Source of the DNA: Vicinamibacterales bacterium
GTDB lineage: Bacteria > Acidobacteriota > Vicinamibacteria > Vicinamibacterales > UBA8438
Length of the DNA: 64,000 nt
NCBI GenBank assembly: GCA_965207615.1
Contig: CBDBMZ010000003.1
Coordinates: 6,463,972-6,527,971, forward strand
Direction of reading: 5' to 3'
A program made the position numbers and the translations under genes. This document shows, in pieces, positions 53,072 to 62,661 of the stretch. Position 1 is the first letter of the stretch, and each line of letters begins with the position of its first letter. Below the pieces are notes generated by a model. The model saw only the letters and a program-made list of their open reading frames with translations. It did not search any database and was not told where the DNA came from.

Positions 53072-56000
53072 TCAGAACGGCACGCCGGCCCCCACGTAGA
53101 AGACCCGGCGCCACCGGGGGCCTTCGGCGGGGGCGCCGGGCGTGGCGTCCGGGTCGGGGACCGCGGCAAGCCCGAAGCGAAGCCGCAATGGAGCCTGGTG
53201 GACGAAGGCGAGCACGTCCGTCGTCAGCTCGACGCCGAACGACGTCAGCGGGCGCCGTCCCGCCGGTGCGTCCGGGGCGAAGGCCGCGCCGGCGCCCCAC
53301 GCGTCGCCGGCGTCGACGAAGGCCGAGGCGAACAGGCGGTCGAGGTGCAGGCCCCACGTGCCGGCGCCGCGGTTGACCAGGGCCAGCGGCGCGCGGACCT
53401 CGACCGATGCGGACCACGCACGACGCCCCGCCCGGGCCGCGATGTCGTGGCCCCGGACCGCGAACTCGCCGAGGTCGCCGCCCGCCGAGAAGTACCCCGT
53501 GTGGGTCGCCGGCCCTCGCGCCGCGCCCCCGCTGGCGCGGACCGCGAGCACGGGGGCCGCGAATCCCGGACCCGGCAGCGGCAGGTAGGCCCGGAACCTG
53601 CCGACGAGGTCGTCGGCCGAGCGATCGGCGTCGGTCGCGCCCGCGAGCCCCGCCGGCACGTCGAGATCGCGGCGGGTCCGGGCCCGCAGGTCAATCGCGG
53701 CGCCGCGCGCGTTTCCCAGTTGGAACGCGTGCGGTCGCGCGGAGGAGACGTTCAGCGCGACGGCGAGCTCGCTCGAGGTTGCGCCCGGCCGCGCGAGCCG
53801 GTAGCCGCCGCTCGCCTGGAGGTCGGTGTCGAGCACCTCGCGGTCGCTCCGGACCACCCCGGCCGAGAACGTCAACCCGACGAACGTCCGGTAGCCGCGG
53901 CGTTGGATGCGCACCGACGTCGCCACGCGCCGCCGCCGCTCGAGGACGAAGAACGTCTCCGGCGGGCCCTCCGCCCCCGCCGCGTCGCTCACCCGGACGC
54001 CGTCGTGCCCCCAGCCCTGTGACGCCGCGAAGCCGATCGTCGGGTTTCCCAGTCCCCGATACTCGTACGAGACGTCTCCCGCGCGCCTGCCCGACCTGGA
54101 GAATCTGGCCCCGCCGGCGTAGGCGTGCCTGCCCACCACGTCGAACATCGCGGTACGGCCGCCGAACGCGAAGCCGAGAAGCTCGGTGCGCGGCGTCTCG
54201 ACGTCCCCGACGGTCGTCTTCGCGACCGCCACCGGCGGGCGAATGTCGGGGACCCAGTACGTGGGCCACAGGGTCGAGACCGGCGAGTAGCCCCGCACCG
54301 CGTGGTCGGCGCGGCCCGTCCCGCGTTCGTCGCCGGCGTCGTCGGCCTGCGCCGCGCGGCCCGCGTCCCGCGACGCGGTCGCCTCGTTCTCGGATGCCGG
54401 CGTGTCGTCCTGGAGCGTGCTCGAGGCGTCCTCGGATGCCGGCGCGTCGGCCGGCGGTGTCGACGCGCCGGCTGCGGCCCCGGGCGCGTCGTCCGGTCCC
54501 GGGTTCGCGGCGACATCGGCGGCCGAGGCCGCGGGTGCGTGGTCCCGGGCCGTGTTCGCGGCGGCCGTGGTCGCCGGCGCGTCGTCGGCAGGGGCGCTCG
54601 CCAAGTTGAGGTGGGCGCCGGCGTCGTCGTCGAAGCGTGCGGCCGGCTCGGGCGCGGGCGGGGCGCGGTCGGGCGCGAACGGGACGCGCTCAATCTCCCA
54701 GCCGTCGACGTGGTAGCCCGAGAAGTAGAGCCACTCGCCGGCGGGGTCGACCCGCGGGAACGCCGCCCCCGTCCGCACGTTGGTCAGGAGGCGCGGCGGG
54801 CCGGCGGCGCCGGTGCGGGGGTCGATCTCGACCGCGAGGACGTTGGGGATGCCGGTGCGGTCGGACGACCAGACGAGGTGCCGGCCGTCCGCGCACCACG
54901 CCGGGGCCATGTCGAGGGCCCGGTCGCGGGTCACCGCGTGGACGAGCCGCCCGTCCGCGTCGAGGATGACGACGTCGTGCCGGCCCCCGGCCCAGCGGCT
55001 CGCCGCGATCCAGCGGCCGTCGGGAGACACCGCGGGCCAGGCCCAGTACGTGTCCGCGGCCGGAGCGACGATCTCCTCCAGCGCGCCGTTCCCGAGGTCG
55101 ACCCGCACCAGGCCGTTGGTCCCCCCGCCGTCCATCACCGCGACGGCCCGGCCGCCGTCGGGCTCGGCCGACGGCGACGCGACCCGGGCGCCCTCGGTGA
55201 CGCGCCGCACCGACCCCTCGGCGGTCAGGACGTAGAGGTCGCTGTAGTGACGGTAGCGATCCGTGAACTCGCGCTGCGAGAACACGATCCCGCCGTCCGG
55301 CAGGAAGTCGAACCGCGTGAGGTGGTTCGTTCGCGCCAGCGTCGACGCGTCCCCTCCGGCGGGCGGCACGGCCACGAGCCTCGGGTCGGACCGTCCGTCC
55401 GATCGGACGTAGGCCAGCCGGCCGCCGTCGGGCGAGACCGCGGGATGCAGCGCCTGGCGGGCGCCGCCGGTCAGCGACTCCGGCTCGGTGACGGGGCCGA
55501 ACGCGGCGAGCTCGTCGTCCAGCCGTTCGACCCGGGCGCGCATCTCTTCGCGCCACGTGTCCCACTCGCCCGTCAGCGAGACGTCGTCGAGGACGCGCCG
55601 GGGCAGCCCCCCGTTGCGCGCGACCTCCTCGACGAACCGCGGCATGGCGTCGCGCCCGTGCTTGTCGAGCAGGTACTCGAAGAACAGCGACCCGTAGATG
55701 TAGCGGCGTCCGCCGCCGGGCCACTGGGGAGAGTAGCCCCCGGCCGTGCCGAGCGACTCGAAACGCCCCTCGAGCGCCGCCGTCCGCAGCACCATCTCGT
55801 GATAGGTGCCGCGCACCCGGCCGCCTCGGGTCAGGTCCGACTCGTACCAGGTGGCGAGCCCCTCGATCACCCACCCCGGGACGTTCGTGCCGGGGAAGGC
55901 GAGGATGGACCCGGGCCACGGCAGGCGGCCGAAGAGAGTGCGGAAGAACCGGCCGAACCACCCGGTGTAGTCGAGGTGGAAGACGTGCGCGAGCTCGTGG

Positions 56001-56389
56001 ACGACGAGCTGCTCCAGCCAGTCGTCGAAGTAGCCCAGCGCGAGGTGGTCGGGCGGAGGGCGCGCGTAGAGCACGATGCGGTTCGAGGGCGATACGCGGG
56101 CGTAGCCGTTCGAGACGTCGACGTGGTCGGTCAGGACGATGTCGATGGTTCCCCCCGGGCCCGCGCGGAACCCCGCCGACAGGGCCTCGTGCGCCCGCTC
56201 CGCTACGGCCGCGGTCCTCGCCCCCAGCGCCGCGAGGTGCTCGGGGAAGGTGATGCGGAAGTGCTCGGTCTCGAGGGTCCGCCACGCCTCGTCCGGGGGA
56301 ACTTGGGCCGCTGCGGGCCCCGGCGCCGCCGCGCCCAGGCTCACGATCGCCGCCATCAGGAGGGGACGAGCTCCCGCCAGGCGGGGCAT
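53072..56389 (-). CDS. Large outer-membrane protein: HExxH peptidase-like domain, TolB/PD40-like beta-propeller repeats, low-complexity linker and C-terminal Omp85-like barrel
   Basis: Signal MPRLAGARPLLMAAIVSLGAAAPGPAAAQ. VVHELAHVFHLDY (~55,985-56,002). Repeated PAVSPDGGRLAYV / PAVSPDGRWIAAS / PAWCADGRHLVWSS. Ala/Asp/Pro-rich stretch (~54,290-54,640). Barrel-like C-terminus ending YVGAGVPF. Confidence 0.7.
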   Translation of the reverse strand: MPRLAGARPLLMAAIVSLGAAAPGPAAAQVPPDEAWRTLETEHFRITFPEHLAALGARTAAVAERAHEALSAGFRAGPGGTIDIVLTDHVDVSNGYARVSPSNRIVLYARPPPDHLALGYFDDWLEQLVVHELAHVFHLDYTGWFGRFFRTLFGRLPWPGSILAFPGTNVPGWVIEGLATWYESDLTRGGRVRGTYHEMVLRTAALEGRFESLGTAGGYSPQWPGGGRRYIYGSLFFEYLLDKHGRDAMPRFVEEVARNGGLPRRVLDDVSLTGEWDTWREEMRARVERLDDELAAFGPVTEPESLTGGARQALHPAVSPDGGRLAYVRSDGRSDPRLVAVPPAGGDASTLARTNHLTRFDFLPDGGIVFSQREFTDRYRHYSDLYVLTAEGSVRRVTEGARVASPSAEPDGGRAVAVMDGGGTNGLVRVDLGNGALEEIVAPAADTYWAWPAVSPDGRWIAASRWAGGRHDVVILDADGRLVHAVTRDRALDMAPAWCADGRHLVWSSDRTGIPNVLAVEIDPRTGAAGPPRLLTNVRTGAAFPRVDPAGEWLYFSGYHVDGWEIERVPFAPDRAPPAPEPAARFDDDAGAHLNLASAPADDAPATTAAANTARDHAPAASAADVAANPGPDDAPGAAAGASTPPADAPASEDASSTLQDDTPASENEATASRDAGRAAQADDAGDERGTGRADHAVRGYSPVSTLWPTYWVPDIRPPVAVAKTTVGDVETPRTELLGFAFGGRTAMFDVVGRHAYAGGARFSRSGRRAGDVSYEYRGLGNPTIGFAASQGWGHDGVRVSDAAGAEGPPETFFVLERRRRVATSVRIQRRGYRTFVGLTFSAGVVRSDREVLDTDLQASGGYRLARPGATSSELAVALNVSSARPHAFQLGNARGAAIDLRARTRRDLDVPAGLAGATDADRSADDLVGRFRAYLPLPGPGFAAPVLAVRASGGAARGPATHTGYFSAGGDLGEFAVRGHDIAARAGRRAWSASVEVRAPLALVNRGAGTWGLHLDRLFASAFVDAGDAWGAGAAFAPDAPAGRRPLTSFGVELTTDVLAFVHQAPLRLRFGLAAVPDPDATPGAPAEGPRWRRVFYVGAGVPF

Positions 56390-56578
56390 GGCGGCTCGAT
56401 GCCGCGGCCGACGCGGGTCCTCGTCCGGGCGGTTCTTCGAACCGCGCGGCGCCCCGGGTCGCATGTGCCGACCGTGTCCTTTTTCCGGACGCCCGCTGGA
56501 GAGGACCCTACCTTCGCGAACCGCCAGGCGCCTCGGATCGTCCGCGTCGACAACAGCCATTCCTGAACGGCATTCTCG

Positions 56579-57442
56579 TCAGCGTCCGTGCCCGGGCGGT
56601 TCCTCGAACCGCGCGGCGAGGGCCCGGGTCTCGTCCACGCCGATCAGCTCGTTGAAGCTGTCGAAAGCCATGATCCGGTCGTCGGCGCCGCGGGTGGCGC
56701 CGGTGTCGTGCAGGTGCCGGTAGACGGCGGTCAGGGCCTGCGCCGACGCGTAGAGCCCTGCGACCGGGTACAGGATCAGGTCGAAACCCAGCGCGGCCAG
56801 CTCCGACCGGCCGAGCACCGGGGTCCTTCCCTGCTCGACCATGTTGGCGACCGTCGGCCGCGGCGCCCGCCGGCCGATCTCCCGCAGCTCGTCGAGCGAC
56901 CGCGGGGCCTCGACGAAAGTGGCGTCGGCGCCGGCCTCGCGCGCCGCCTCGGCCCGCGCGAGCGCCTCGTCCAGCCCCGCCGCGGCCAGCGCGTCGGTGC
57001 GCGCGACGATGAAGAAGTCGCGGCCGCCCCGGGTGTCGACCGCGGCCCGGATCTTCTGGAGATAGCTCTCCCGGTCGACGACCCGCTTGCCCTGCATGTG
57101 CCCGCACCGCTTCGGCCACACCTGGTCCTCGAGGAAGCAGCCGGCCGCTCCGGCGTCGATCAGCGCGCGCACGGTGCGGACCACGTTCAGGGCGTTGCCG
57201 TAGCCGGTGTCGGCGTCGACCAGGATCGGGATGTCCACCGCACCGCAGATCTGGCGCGCCCGGTCGACGATCTCGGTCTGGGTGAGGAGGCCGAGGTCGG
57301 GCTGGCCGATGAACGTGGCGGAGACCGCGTAGCCGGAGACGAAGGCGAGGGGGAACCCGGCCCGCTCGGCGATCTTCGCCGACAGCGTGTCGTAGACGCC
57401 GGGGAAGACCAGGGCGCCCCGCTCGTCGAGGATCCGCCGCAC
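56579..57442 (-). CDS. Isocitrate lyase/PEP mutase family enzyme (methylisocitrate lyase / carboxyvinyl-carboxyphosphonate phosphorylmutase-like)
   Basis: VFPGVYDTLSAKIAERAGF, ILVDADTGYGNALNV, EDQVWPKRCGHMQGK, IVARTDA. GTG at 57442 chosen because the longer ORF overlaps tRNA-His. Confidence 0.85.
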   Translation of the reverse strand: MRRILDERGALVFPGVYDTLSAKIAERAGFPLAFVSGYAVSATFIGQPDLGLLTQTEIVDRARQICGAVDIPILVDADTGYGNALNVVRTVRALIDAGAAGCFLEDQVWPKRCGHMQGKRVVDRESYLQKIRAAVDTRGGRDFFIVARTDALAAAGLDEALARAEAAREAGADATFVEAPRSLDELREIGRRAPRPTVANMVEQGRTPVLGRSELAALGFDLILYPVAGLYASAQALTAVYRHLHDTGATRGADDRIMAFDSFNELIGVDETRALAARFEEPPGHGR

Positions 57443-57459
57443 GCGGCCGGGGTCGGGAT

Positions 57460-57535
57460 TGGGGTGAGTGACGGGGTTTGAACCCGCGACATCCGGAGCC
57501 ACAGTCCGGCGCTCTACCACTGAGCTACACTCACC
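57460..57535 (-). tRNA. tRNA-His (GTG anticodon)
   Basis: The reverse complement GGTGAGTGTAGCTCAGTGGTAGAGCGCCGGACTGTGGCTCCGGATGTCGCGGGTTCAAACCCCGTCACTCACCCCA folds as a cloverleaf by hand. It has the extra 5' G(-1) typical of tRNA-His, anticodon loop CTGTGGC, and an encoded CCA. Confidence 0.9.
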
Positions 57536-57685
57536 ATGCGATACTGCGAGGAGCTTCCGGCGCCGGGAAGCGCCGGTGGCGCAAGGAGCGCACTTCCCAC
57601 CATTCTATTCCCCTTCGCGGCGTTCCGTCCACCGGCCCGCCCCGGCTAGAATGGTACCTGAACCCCGGCTCTCCCGGGCGCGCCG

Positions 57686-58939
57686 ATGACCCATCCTCAG
57701 CCGGTTCTCGAGACCACCTGCACCGACGAGGCGCTGCGCGCGGTCCGCGTGCTCGTCGACGCCTACCGGCTCACCGCCGACTCGCGCGACGCCGACCGGA
57801 TTCTGAACGGCATCCTCGACTGCGTGGCCCGGCTCGTCGAGTACGACTCGGCCGCCGTCTACGTGCTGGGCAGCTCGGGCCGCCACGTGCGGCATTTCTG
57901 GTGGCGGGACGATTCGGGCGCCGTGCCCTGCCACGACGGCGCCCTGGAGGAGGGTCGGCCCGTCGCCCGGGCCATCGACTCCCGCGAGCCGGTGCTGCTG
58001 GACGAAAGCATCGATCCGGCGGAGGGGGGGCCGTGCCACCGGTCCGGGCTCGTCGTCCCCCTGGTGGGGCTCCACGGGGTGATGGGCGCCATCGAGCTCC
58101 ACTCGCGGCGCGCGAAGGCCTACGACGCTCGCGCCGTCGAGATGCTGCGGCTGCTCGGCACCCTCATCGCCGGCACCATCGAGCGGTCCCGCATGCAGGA
58201 GGAGGTGCGGGCCAAGCGGCGCATCGACGCCGAGATGCTCGTGGCCCGGCAGGTGATGGAGGACCTCGTCCCGCGCGACATCCCCACCCTCGAGGGGTTC
58301 GACATCGCCGGCGTCAACGAGGCGTCGTTCGAGGTGGGCGGCGACTACTACGAGTTCATCCCGCTGCCGGAGGACCGGTGGGTGATCATCATCGCCGACG
58401 TGGCCGGCAAGGGCATCGCCGCCGCCCTCCAGGTCTCGGCCATCCGGGCCTCGATCTACTCGCTCGTGGGGCGCGAGCTGGCGATCCGCGCGGTCATGCG
58501 CCACGCCAACCGCTTCTTCCACGACTCGGTCGACGCCGGCCGCTACGTCACCCTCTTCTACGCCGTCCTCGACGTGCCGACCCGCCAGCTCATCTACGTC
58601 AACGCCGGCCACCAGCCGCCGCTCCTCGTGCGCCCCGACGGGGCCGCCGACAAGCTGTGGAGCGGCGGGGTCCCCATCGGGATGTTCGAGTCGCCGCGCT
58701 ACTTCGAGGGCGGCGCCCGGCTCCGCCCCGGGGACCTTCTCGCCTTCTACACCGACGGCATCGTCGAATCGGCCAATGCCCACGACGAGGAGTACGGCCA
58801 CGACCGGCTGGCCACGACGATGCACGGGGCGAGAGGGGAGAGCGCGGAGACGATCTGCCGGCGCGTCATGGACGACGTGCACCGGTTCTCCTTCGGCAGC
58901 CCCGACGACCGGACGCTGCTCGTCCTGAAGTCCACCTGA
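57686..58939 (+). CDS. GAF-domain PP2C-type (SpoIIE/RsbU-like) serine phosphatase
   Basis: N-terminal GAF-like region (ILDCVARLVEYDSAAVYVL...GAIELHS). FEVGGDYYEFIPL, IIIADVAGKGIAAAL, YVNAGHQPPLL, AFYTDGIVE. Confidence 0.85.
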   Translation: MTHPQPVLETTCTDEALRAVRVLVDAYRLTADSRDADRILNGILDCVARLVEYDSAAVYVLGSSGRHVRHFWWRDDSGAVPCHDGALEEGRPVARAIDSREPVLLDESIDPAEGGPCHRSGLVVPLVGLHGVMGAIELHSRRAKAYDARAVEMLRLLGTLIAGTIERSRMQEEVRAKRRIDAEMLVARQVMEDLVPRDIPTLEGFDIAGVNEASFEVGGDYYEFIPLPEDRWVIIIADVAGKGIAAALQVSAIRASIYSLVGRELAIRAVMRHANRFFHDSVDAGRYVTLFYAVLDVPTRQLIYVNAGHQPPLLVRPDGAADKLWSGGVPIGMFESPRYFEGGARLRPGDLLAFYTDGIVESANAHDEEYGHDRLATTMHGARGESAETICRRVMDDVHRFSFGSPDDRTLLVLKST

Positions 58940-59106
58940 GGACGGCGTTCCGCCCCCGCCGGCGCCTCCGCGCGGCAAACAGGCCTCACTCCAGAGGGTG
59001 AACTCGGGGATGGACAGGACTTCCCGAATGTACGGCAGGACCGGGCCGACCGGTTTTCGACCGGCCCACCCGGCACGTGTGCGCGAGCCGTACCGTGCGA
59101 TGCGGG

Positions 59107-59175
59107 CCAGGAGTCTGCGCCGCGGAAACGGCGCGGACTCCTGGAGGTAGCCGCGGGCGACGATTGGCGGGCTAG
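59107..59175 (+). repeat. Hairpin-containing intergenic repeat, copy C (internal deletion)
   Basis: CCAGGAGTCTGCGCCGCGGAAACGGCGCGGACTCCTGGAGGTAGCCGCGGGCGACGATTGGCGGGCTAG. Its last bases supply the stop codon (reverse strand) of the DUF3500 gene. Confidence 0.8.
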
Positions 59176-60209
59176 TCCGCGTTGCGCGTGCCGTGGTCGT
59201 ACTGCCGGTAGTGCTCGGCCAGCAGGTCGCGGCCGAAGTCGCCGGCGAAGTCGCGCCACACGCTGTGCACGTGGTTGGCGTTGCCCTGGGTGTTGTCGTA
59301 CTCGATCAGGAACGTCGGGCCCTGGATGCGATAGTAGTGCGGCTCGCCCTGGGCCTCGCCGCCCATCCAGACGAACCGGATGCCGTCGAGCCCGGCGTCA
59401 CGCACCTCGGCCAGCCGCTCGTCGGCGACGGGGCCGGGCTGGGCGGTGGCGTACTCCTCGATGATCGACCACAGGGCCGCTTGCTGGTCGGCGTCGAGGT
59501 CCTTGTGCGTCACTCCGAAGTCCTCGAGCAGGGTGACCCGCTGCTGGGCGCGGGTGAGGATGTCGCTGGGCGCCTCGTCGGAGAGCTTGGCCGCCTTGCG
59601 CTGCTCGTCGTTCAGCGACTTGAGCAGGTCGCGGGCCTGGTCCTCCTCGCTGCCGAGGACCCGCAGGCCCTGCCGCGGCCCGCCGCGCACCTCGGCCGGG
59701 TTCGAGCCGAAGAACTGCGGCGTGGCCGCGATGGCGCTGCCGTCCACGATGGTCCAGTTCTGCGAGATGTGGTGCCCCTCGTAGCGCCAGCCCCACGTGT
59801 TGCCGTCGCCCGGCTCGCCGAAGATCATGAAGAAGTAGAGGTCGGGGTCGCGGATGTCGCGGCCCTCCTGCTCGTACAGGATCTGCTCGAGCTGGCGGAT
59901 GATCTCCGACTTCGTGAACCCTTCCTCGCTCAGGCCCGTGCGCACGAGGTCGAGGGCGGCGGCTCGTTGCGAGCCCGACATCATCTTCAGCGAGACGCCC
60001 TTCCGCTCGCGCGGGATGAAGTGCCAGTCGAAGCGGTCCTCGCCGTCGAAGGGAAACCGCGTCGCGGCCTCCTGCTCGTCGTCGAGCGTGTCGAGGAAGC
60101 GCACCGCGGCTTCCGCCATCGCCGACGCGGGGTCGGCGGGCTGTTGAGAGAGCGTGATCGTACCGAGCAGCACGACGAGGCAGGCGACGTTGAAGATGGT
60201 GCGAGCCAT
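59172..60209 (-). CDS. Secreted DUF3500-family protein
   Basis: Signal MARTIFNVACLVVLLGTITLSQQ. FDWHFIPRERKG, WGWRYEGHHISQNW, PHYYRIQGPTFLIEYDNTQGNANHVHSVWRD. Confidence 0.8.
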   Translation of the reverse strand: MARTIFNVACLVVLLGTITLSQQPADPASAMAEAAVRFLDTLDDEQEAATRFPFDGEDRFDWHFIPRERKGVSLKMMSGSQRAAALDLVRTGLSEEGFTKSEIIRQLEQILYEQEGRDIRDPDLYFFMIFGEPGDGNTWGWRYEGHHISQNWTIVDGSAIAATPQFFGSNPAEVRGGPRQGLRVLGSEEDQARDLLKSLNDEQRKAAKLSDEAPSDILTRAQQRVTLLEDFGVTHKDLDADQQAALWSIIEEYATAQPGPVADERLAEVRDAGLDGIRFVWMGGEAQGEPHYYRIQGPTFLIEYDNTQGNANHVHSVWRDFAGDFGRDLLAEHYRQYDHGTRNAD

Positions 60210-60355
60210 GACCTTCCTTACCCCCTTACGCCGCCCCGCGGTGCCCGAGCACCCCGCGCGCGGCGTGCAAGACCGGATTCCGAGCGAGAGCCGGAGCGTA
60301 CCTCCCGGGGGAGGGCGAGTCAAGATGGTGCGCCGGGGCGGCGGCGGCAGCGGTC

Positions 60356-60470
60356 CAGGAGTCCGCGCCGTAGAACGGCGCCGCCTCCGGAGGAGGCGCA
60401 GACTCCCTGGTGGGCTGTTTGGGCGCCATGCGGAGCCGGAGGCGACGATTGGCGGGCCGGCGAGCGGCGG
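60356..60470 (+). repeat. Hairpin-containing intergenic repeat, copy D (extra palindromic insert)
   Basis: CAGGAGTCCGCGCCGTAGAACGGCG-CCGCCTCCGGAGGAGG-CGCAGACTCCCTGGTGGGCTGTTTGGGCGCCATGCGGAGCCGGAGGCGACGATTGGCGGGCCGG. Confidence 0.8.
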
Positions 60471-60640
60471 CGGACTGCCCCGGCCCGGACCACCGCGCCC
60501 GGAGGCAACCCGGCGACTACTCGGGCGACTGGGCGTGACCGGGCGATCGGCCGGGTACGATCGGGAACGGGCTCCGGTAACGAACGGACCGGGAGACCGG
60601 AGCCGGACATCGTCCGCGAGATCGGCAAGAGGCCTGAAGC

Positions 60641-62029
60641 GTGAACGAGGCGCAGTTGCTCACGGCGGAGCTCACCGCCACCGCCTACGGATCGATCCTG
60701 TTCGCGGCGGGGCTGGCCCTCGTGGTCAGCGGATTGATTTTCCGGCCGAGGGGCACGCTCGAGGTGCCCGCGTTCGGCGCGGCCATACTGCTGCACGGCA
60801 CCCGGGCGCTGGGGGAGATCCCGGCCGTCCGGACCGCGTCGGAGCTGCCCGAGGAGCTGTTCGCGTTCAGCGGCGCGATCTGCTTCTACTTCATCTCGGC
60901 CGCGTCGTACCTCTTCATCGACCAGTACTGGGGGCCGGGCCTCTGGAAGTCACTCCGACGGGTCTGGCAGTTCCACCTCGTTTTCGCCACCGTGGCCGCG
61001 GCGATCGACTTGTACAGCGGCACCCCGGGGGGCTTCATGGACGCCTCGGCCACGCTGGTGGTCGTCTACCGCGTGATCCTGCTCGGGAACATCGTGACGA
61101 GGTCGCTCGAGACCCGCCGGGAGGACATCTACGTGCTCTACGGCATCGACGTCGTCCTCGTCTGCACGGTCCACGACGTTCTCGCCAACGCCGGTGTGCT
61201 GCCCTGGACGCTGGAGGCGAGGCCGATCGGCATCGTGGCCGTGATGGCAGCCCTCGCTTGCTCGATCCTCCTGCGGGCGAGGGCCGACGACCGGCAACTC
61301 GGGACCCTGTCGGCCCAGTTGAGCACCGCCCGGGAGATACAGAAGTCCCTGCTGCCCCCGAAGAGCCTGCACCCCGCCGCGTGCCCGCACGCCGTCCGCT
61401 ACATCCCGATGGACGCGGTCGGCGGAGACCTCTACGACTTCATCCGGATCGACGACGACCGCTTCGCGGTGCTGGTTGCAGACGTCACGGGCCACGGCAT
61501 CCCCGCCGCCCTCCTCGCCAGCATGCTCAAGACCGCCGCCGCGGCGCAGAGCCACGTCGCCGGGGAACCCGGCCGCGTCGTCGAGGAGATCAACCGGCGC
61601 CTCCACGGGCAGCTCGACGGCTACCTGGTGACGCTGGTGTACGCGGTCGTCGACACGCGGGCGCGGCAGCTCGCGCTGAGCAACGCCGGCCACCCCGCGC
61701 CGTTGCTCCGGCGCCGGAGCGAGCTGGCGGCGGCCGAAATCGGGAGCGCCGACGCCGCCATCGGCGTGATCGGGGACGAGTCGTACGCGACGACGCGGGT
61801 CGGACTGGAGCGCGGCGACCGCCTCGTCTTCTACACCGACGGGCTCACCGACGCGGAATCGCCCGACGGAGAACCGTTCTCCGTCGACCGGGCGAGAGAG
61901 CTGCTCGCCGAGGACCGGGAGAGCGACGTCGAGCCGTGGACCGAGGCCCTACTGGAGCGTGTGAGGCGCTGGCGGGGCCGGGCCGAGCTGCAGGACGACC
62001 TGACCGTCGTGGCCCTGGACATCCCCTAG
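60641..62029 (+). CDS. Membrane-bound (multi-TM sensor) PP2C-type SpoIIE/RsbU-like phosphatase
   Basis: About 6-7 N-terminal TM helices. Then AREIQKSLLP, VGGDLYDFIRI, VLVADVTGHGIPAALL, LSNAGHPAPLL, VFYTDGLTD, DDLTVVALDI. GTG start. Confidence 0.85.
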   Translation: MNEAQLLTAELTATAYGSILFAAGLALVVSGLIFRPRGTLEVPAFGAAILLHGTRALGEIPAVRTASELPEELFAFSGAICFYFISAASYLFIDQYWGPGLWKSLRRVWQFHLVFATVAAAIDLYSGTPGGFMDASATLVVVYRVILLGNIVTRSLETRREDIYVLYGIDVVLVCTVHDVLANAGVLPWTLEARPIGIVAVMAALACSILLRARADDRQLGTLSAQLSTAREIQKSLLPPKSLHPAACPHAVRYIPMDAVGGDLYDFIRIDDDRFAVLVADVTGHGIPAALLASMLKTAAAAQSHVAGEPGRVVEEINRRLHGQLDGYLVTLVYAVVDTRARQLALSNAGHPAPLLRRRSELAAAEIGSADAAIGVIGDESYATTRVGLERGDRLVFYTDGLTDAESPDGEPFSVDRARELLAEDRESDVEPWTEALLERVRRWRGRAELQDDLTVVALDIP

Positions 62030-62114
62030 GAGTCTGCGCCGTAGAACGGTGCAGACTGCTAGCAGGGTTGGTTGGGCGCCCGGCGGAGCCGAAGGCGACG
62101 ATGGGCGGGCTAGT
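62029..62114 (+). repeat. Hairpin-containing intergenic repeat, copy E
   Basis: GGAGTCTGCGCCGTAGAACGGTGCAGACTGCTAGCAGGGTTGGTTGGGCGCCCGGCGGAGCCGAAGGCGACGATGGGCGGGCTAG. It starts within the TAG stop of the phosphatase gene. Confidence 0.85.
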
Positions 62115-62286
62115 CCCTGGTGGACTGTTCCGGAGCCGACTTTGCCGCCCTGTCGCCGAGTCGCGCCGGCAAGTGCCGCGAAGACGTCCCGCGGGGTGGG
62201 CAGCCTTCTCGAGGGACGGTCCACCAGCGGCCCGTGGCTGTTCCGCGTGGACTCTCGCCGCGGGTTTCCGGCCGGGCCCGAAACGG

Positions 62287-62661
62287 CTAGGAACCGACCG
62301 CGACGGCGCCCGGCTGATCCAGGGCGTCGTCGAGGGTGGGCCGAATGTCGAGGATGCGGTAGAGGCCGGTGACCCGGAAGACCTCGGAGACGTGCGGGAT
62401 GAGACCGGCGACCCTGAACACCCGCCCCTGGGCCTTGGCGGACCTGGCGCCCAGGATGAACGCGCGCATGCCCGAGGAGGCCACGAACAGCAGGCCGGCG
62501 CAGTTCACGACCACGTTGGAGCCCGCCTCCGTCAGATGCAGGATCGACTTCTCGACCTGATGCGCGTTCGCGGAGTCCAACCGGCCCGCGAGCTCGACGA
62601 CTTGGAACTCCGTCGCCTCGGCCGTGACGCGTCGGGTCGACAACCGGAGAGCCTCGGTCAT
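62287..62661 (-). CDS. STAS-domain anti-sigma-factor antagonist (RsbV/SpoIIAA-like)
   Basis: FQVVELAGRLDSANAHQVEKSIL...VVVNCAGLLFVASSGMRAFI (phosphorylatable Ser context) ...LYRILDI. Confidence 0.85.
   Translation of the reverse strand: MTEALRLSTRRVTAEATEFQVVELAGRLDSANAHQVEKSILHLTEAGSNVVVNCAGLLFVASSGMRAFILGARSAKAQGRVFRVAGLIPHVSEVFRVTGLYRILDIRPTLDDALDQPGAVAVGS

Noticed and set aside
50002-56566. Long plus-strand ORFs 50002..52167 (721 aa) and 54125..56566 (813 aa), plus similar ones at 17065..18612, 26779..28437, 32627..34501 and 57605..58978
   Set aside because: All are antisense to genes with clear family motifs and have low-complexity R/G/P/A/D/V composition.
57443-57520. N-terminal extension of the PEP-mutase ORF (MVERRTVAPDVAGSNPVTHPNP...)
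   Set aside because: It is the translation of tRNA-His read on the same strand. The start was moved to the GTG at 57442.
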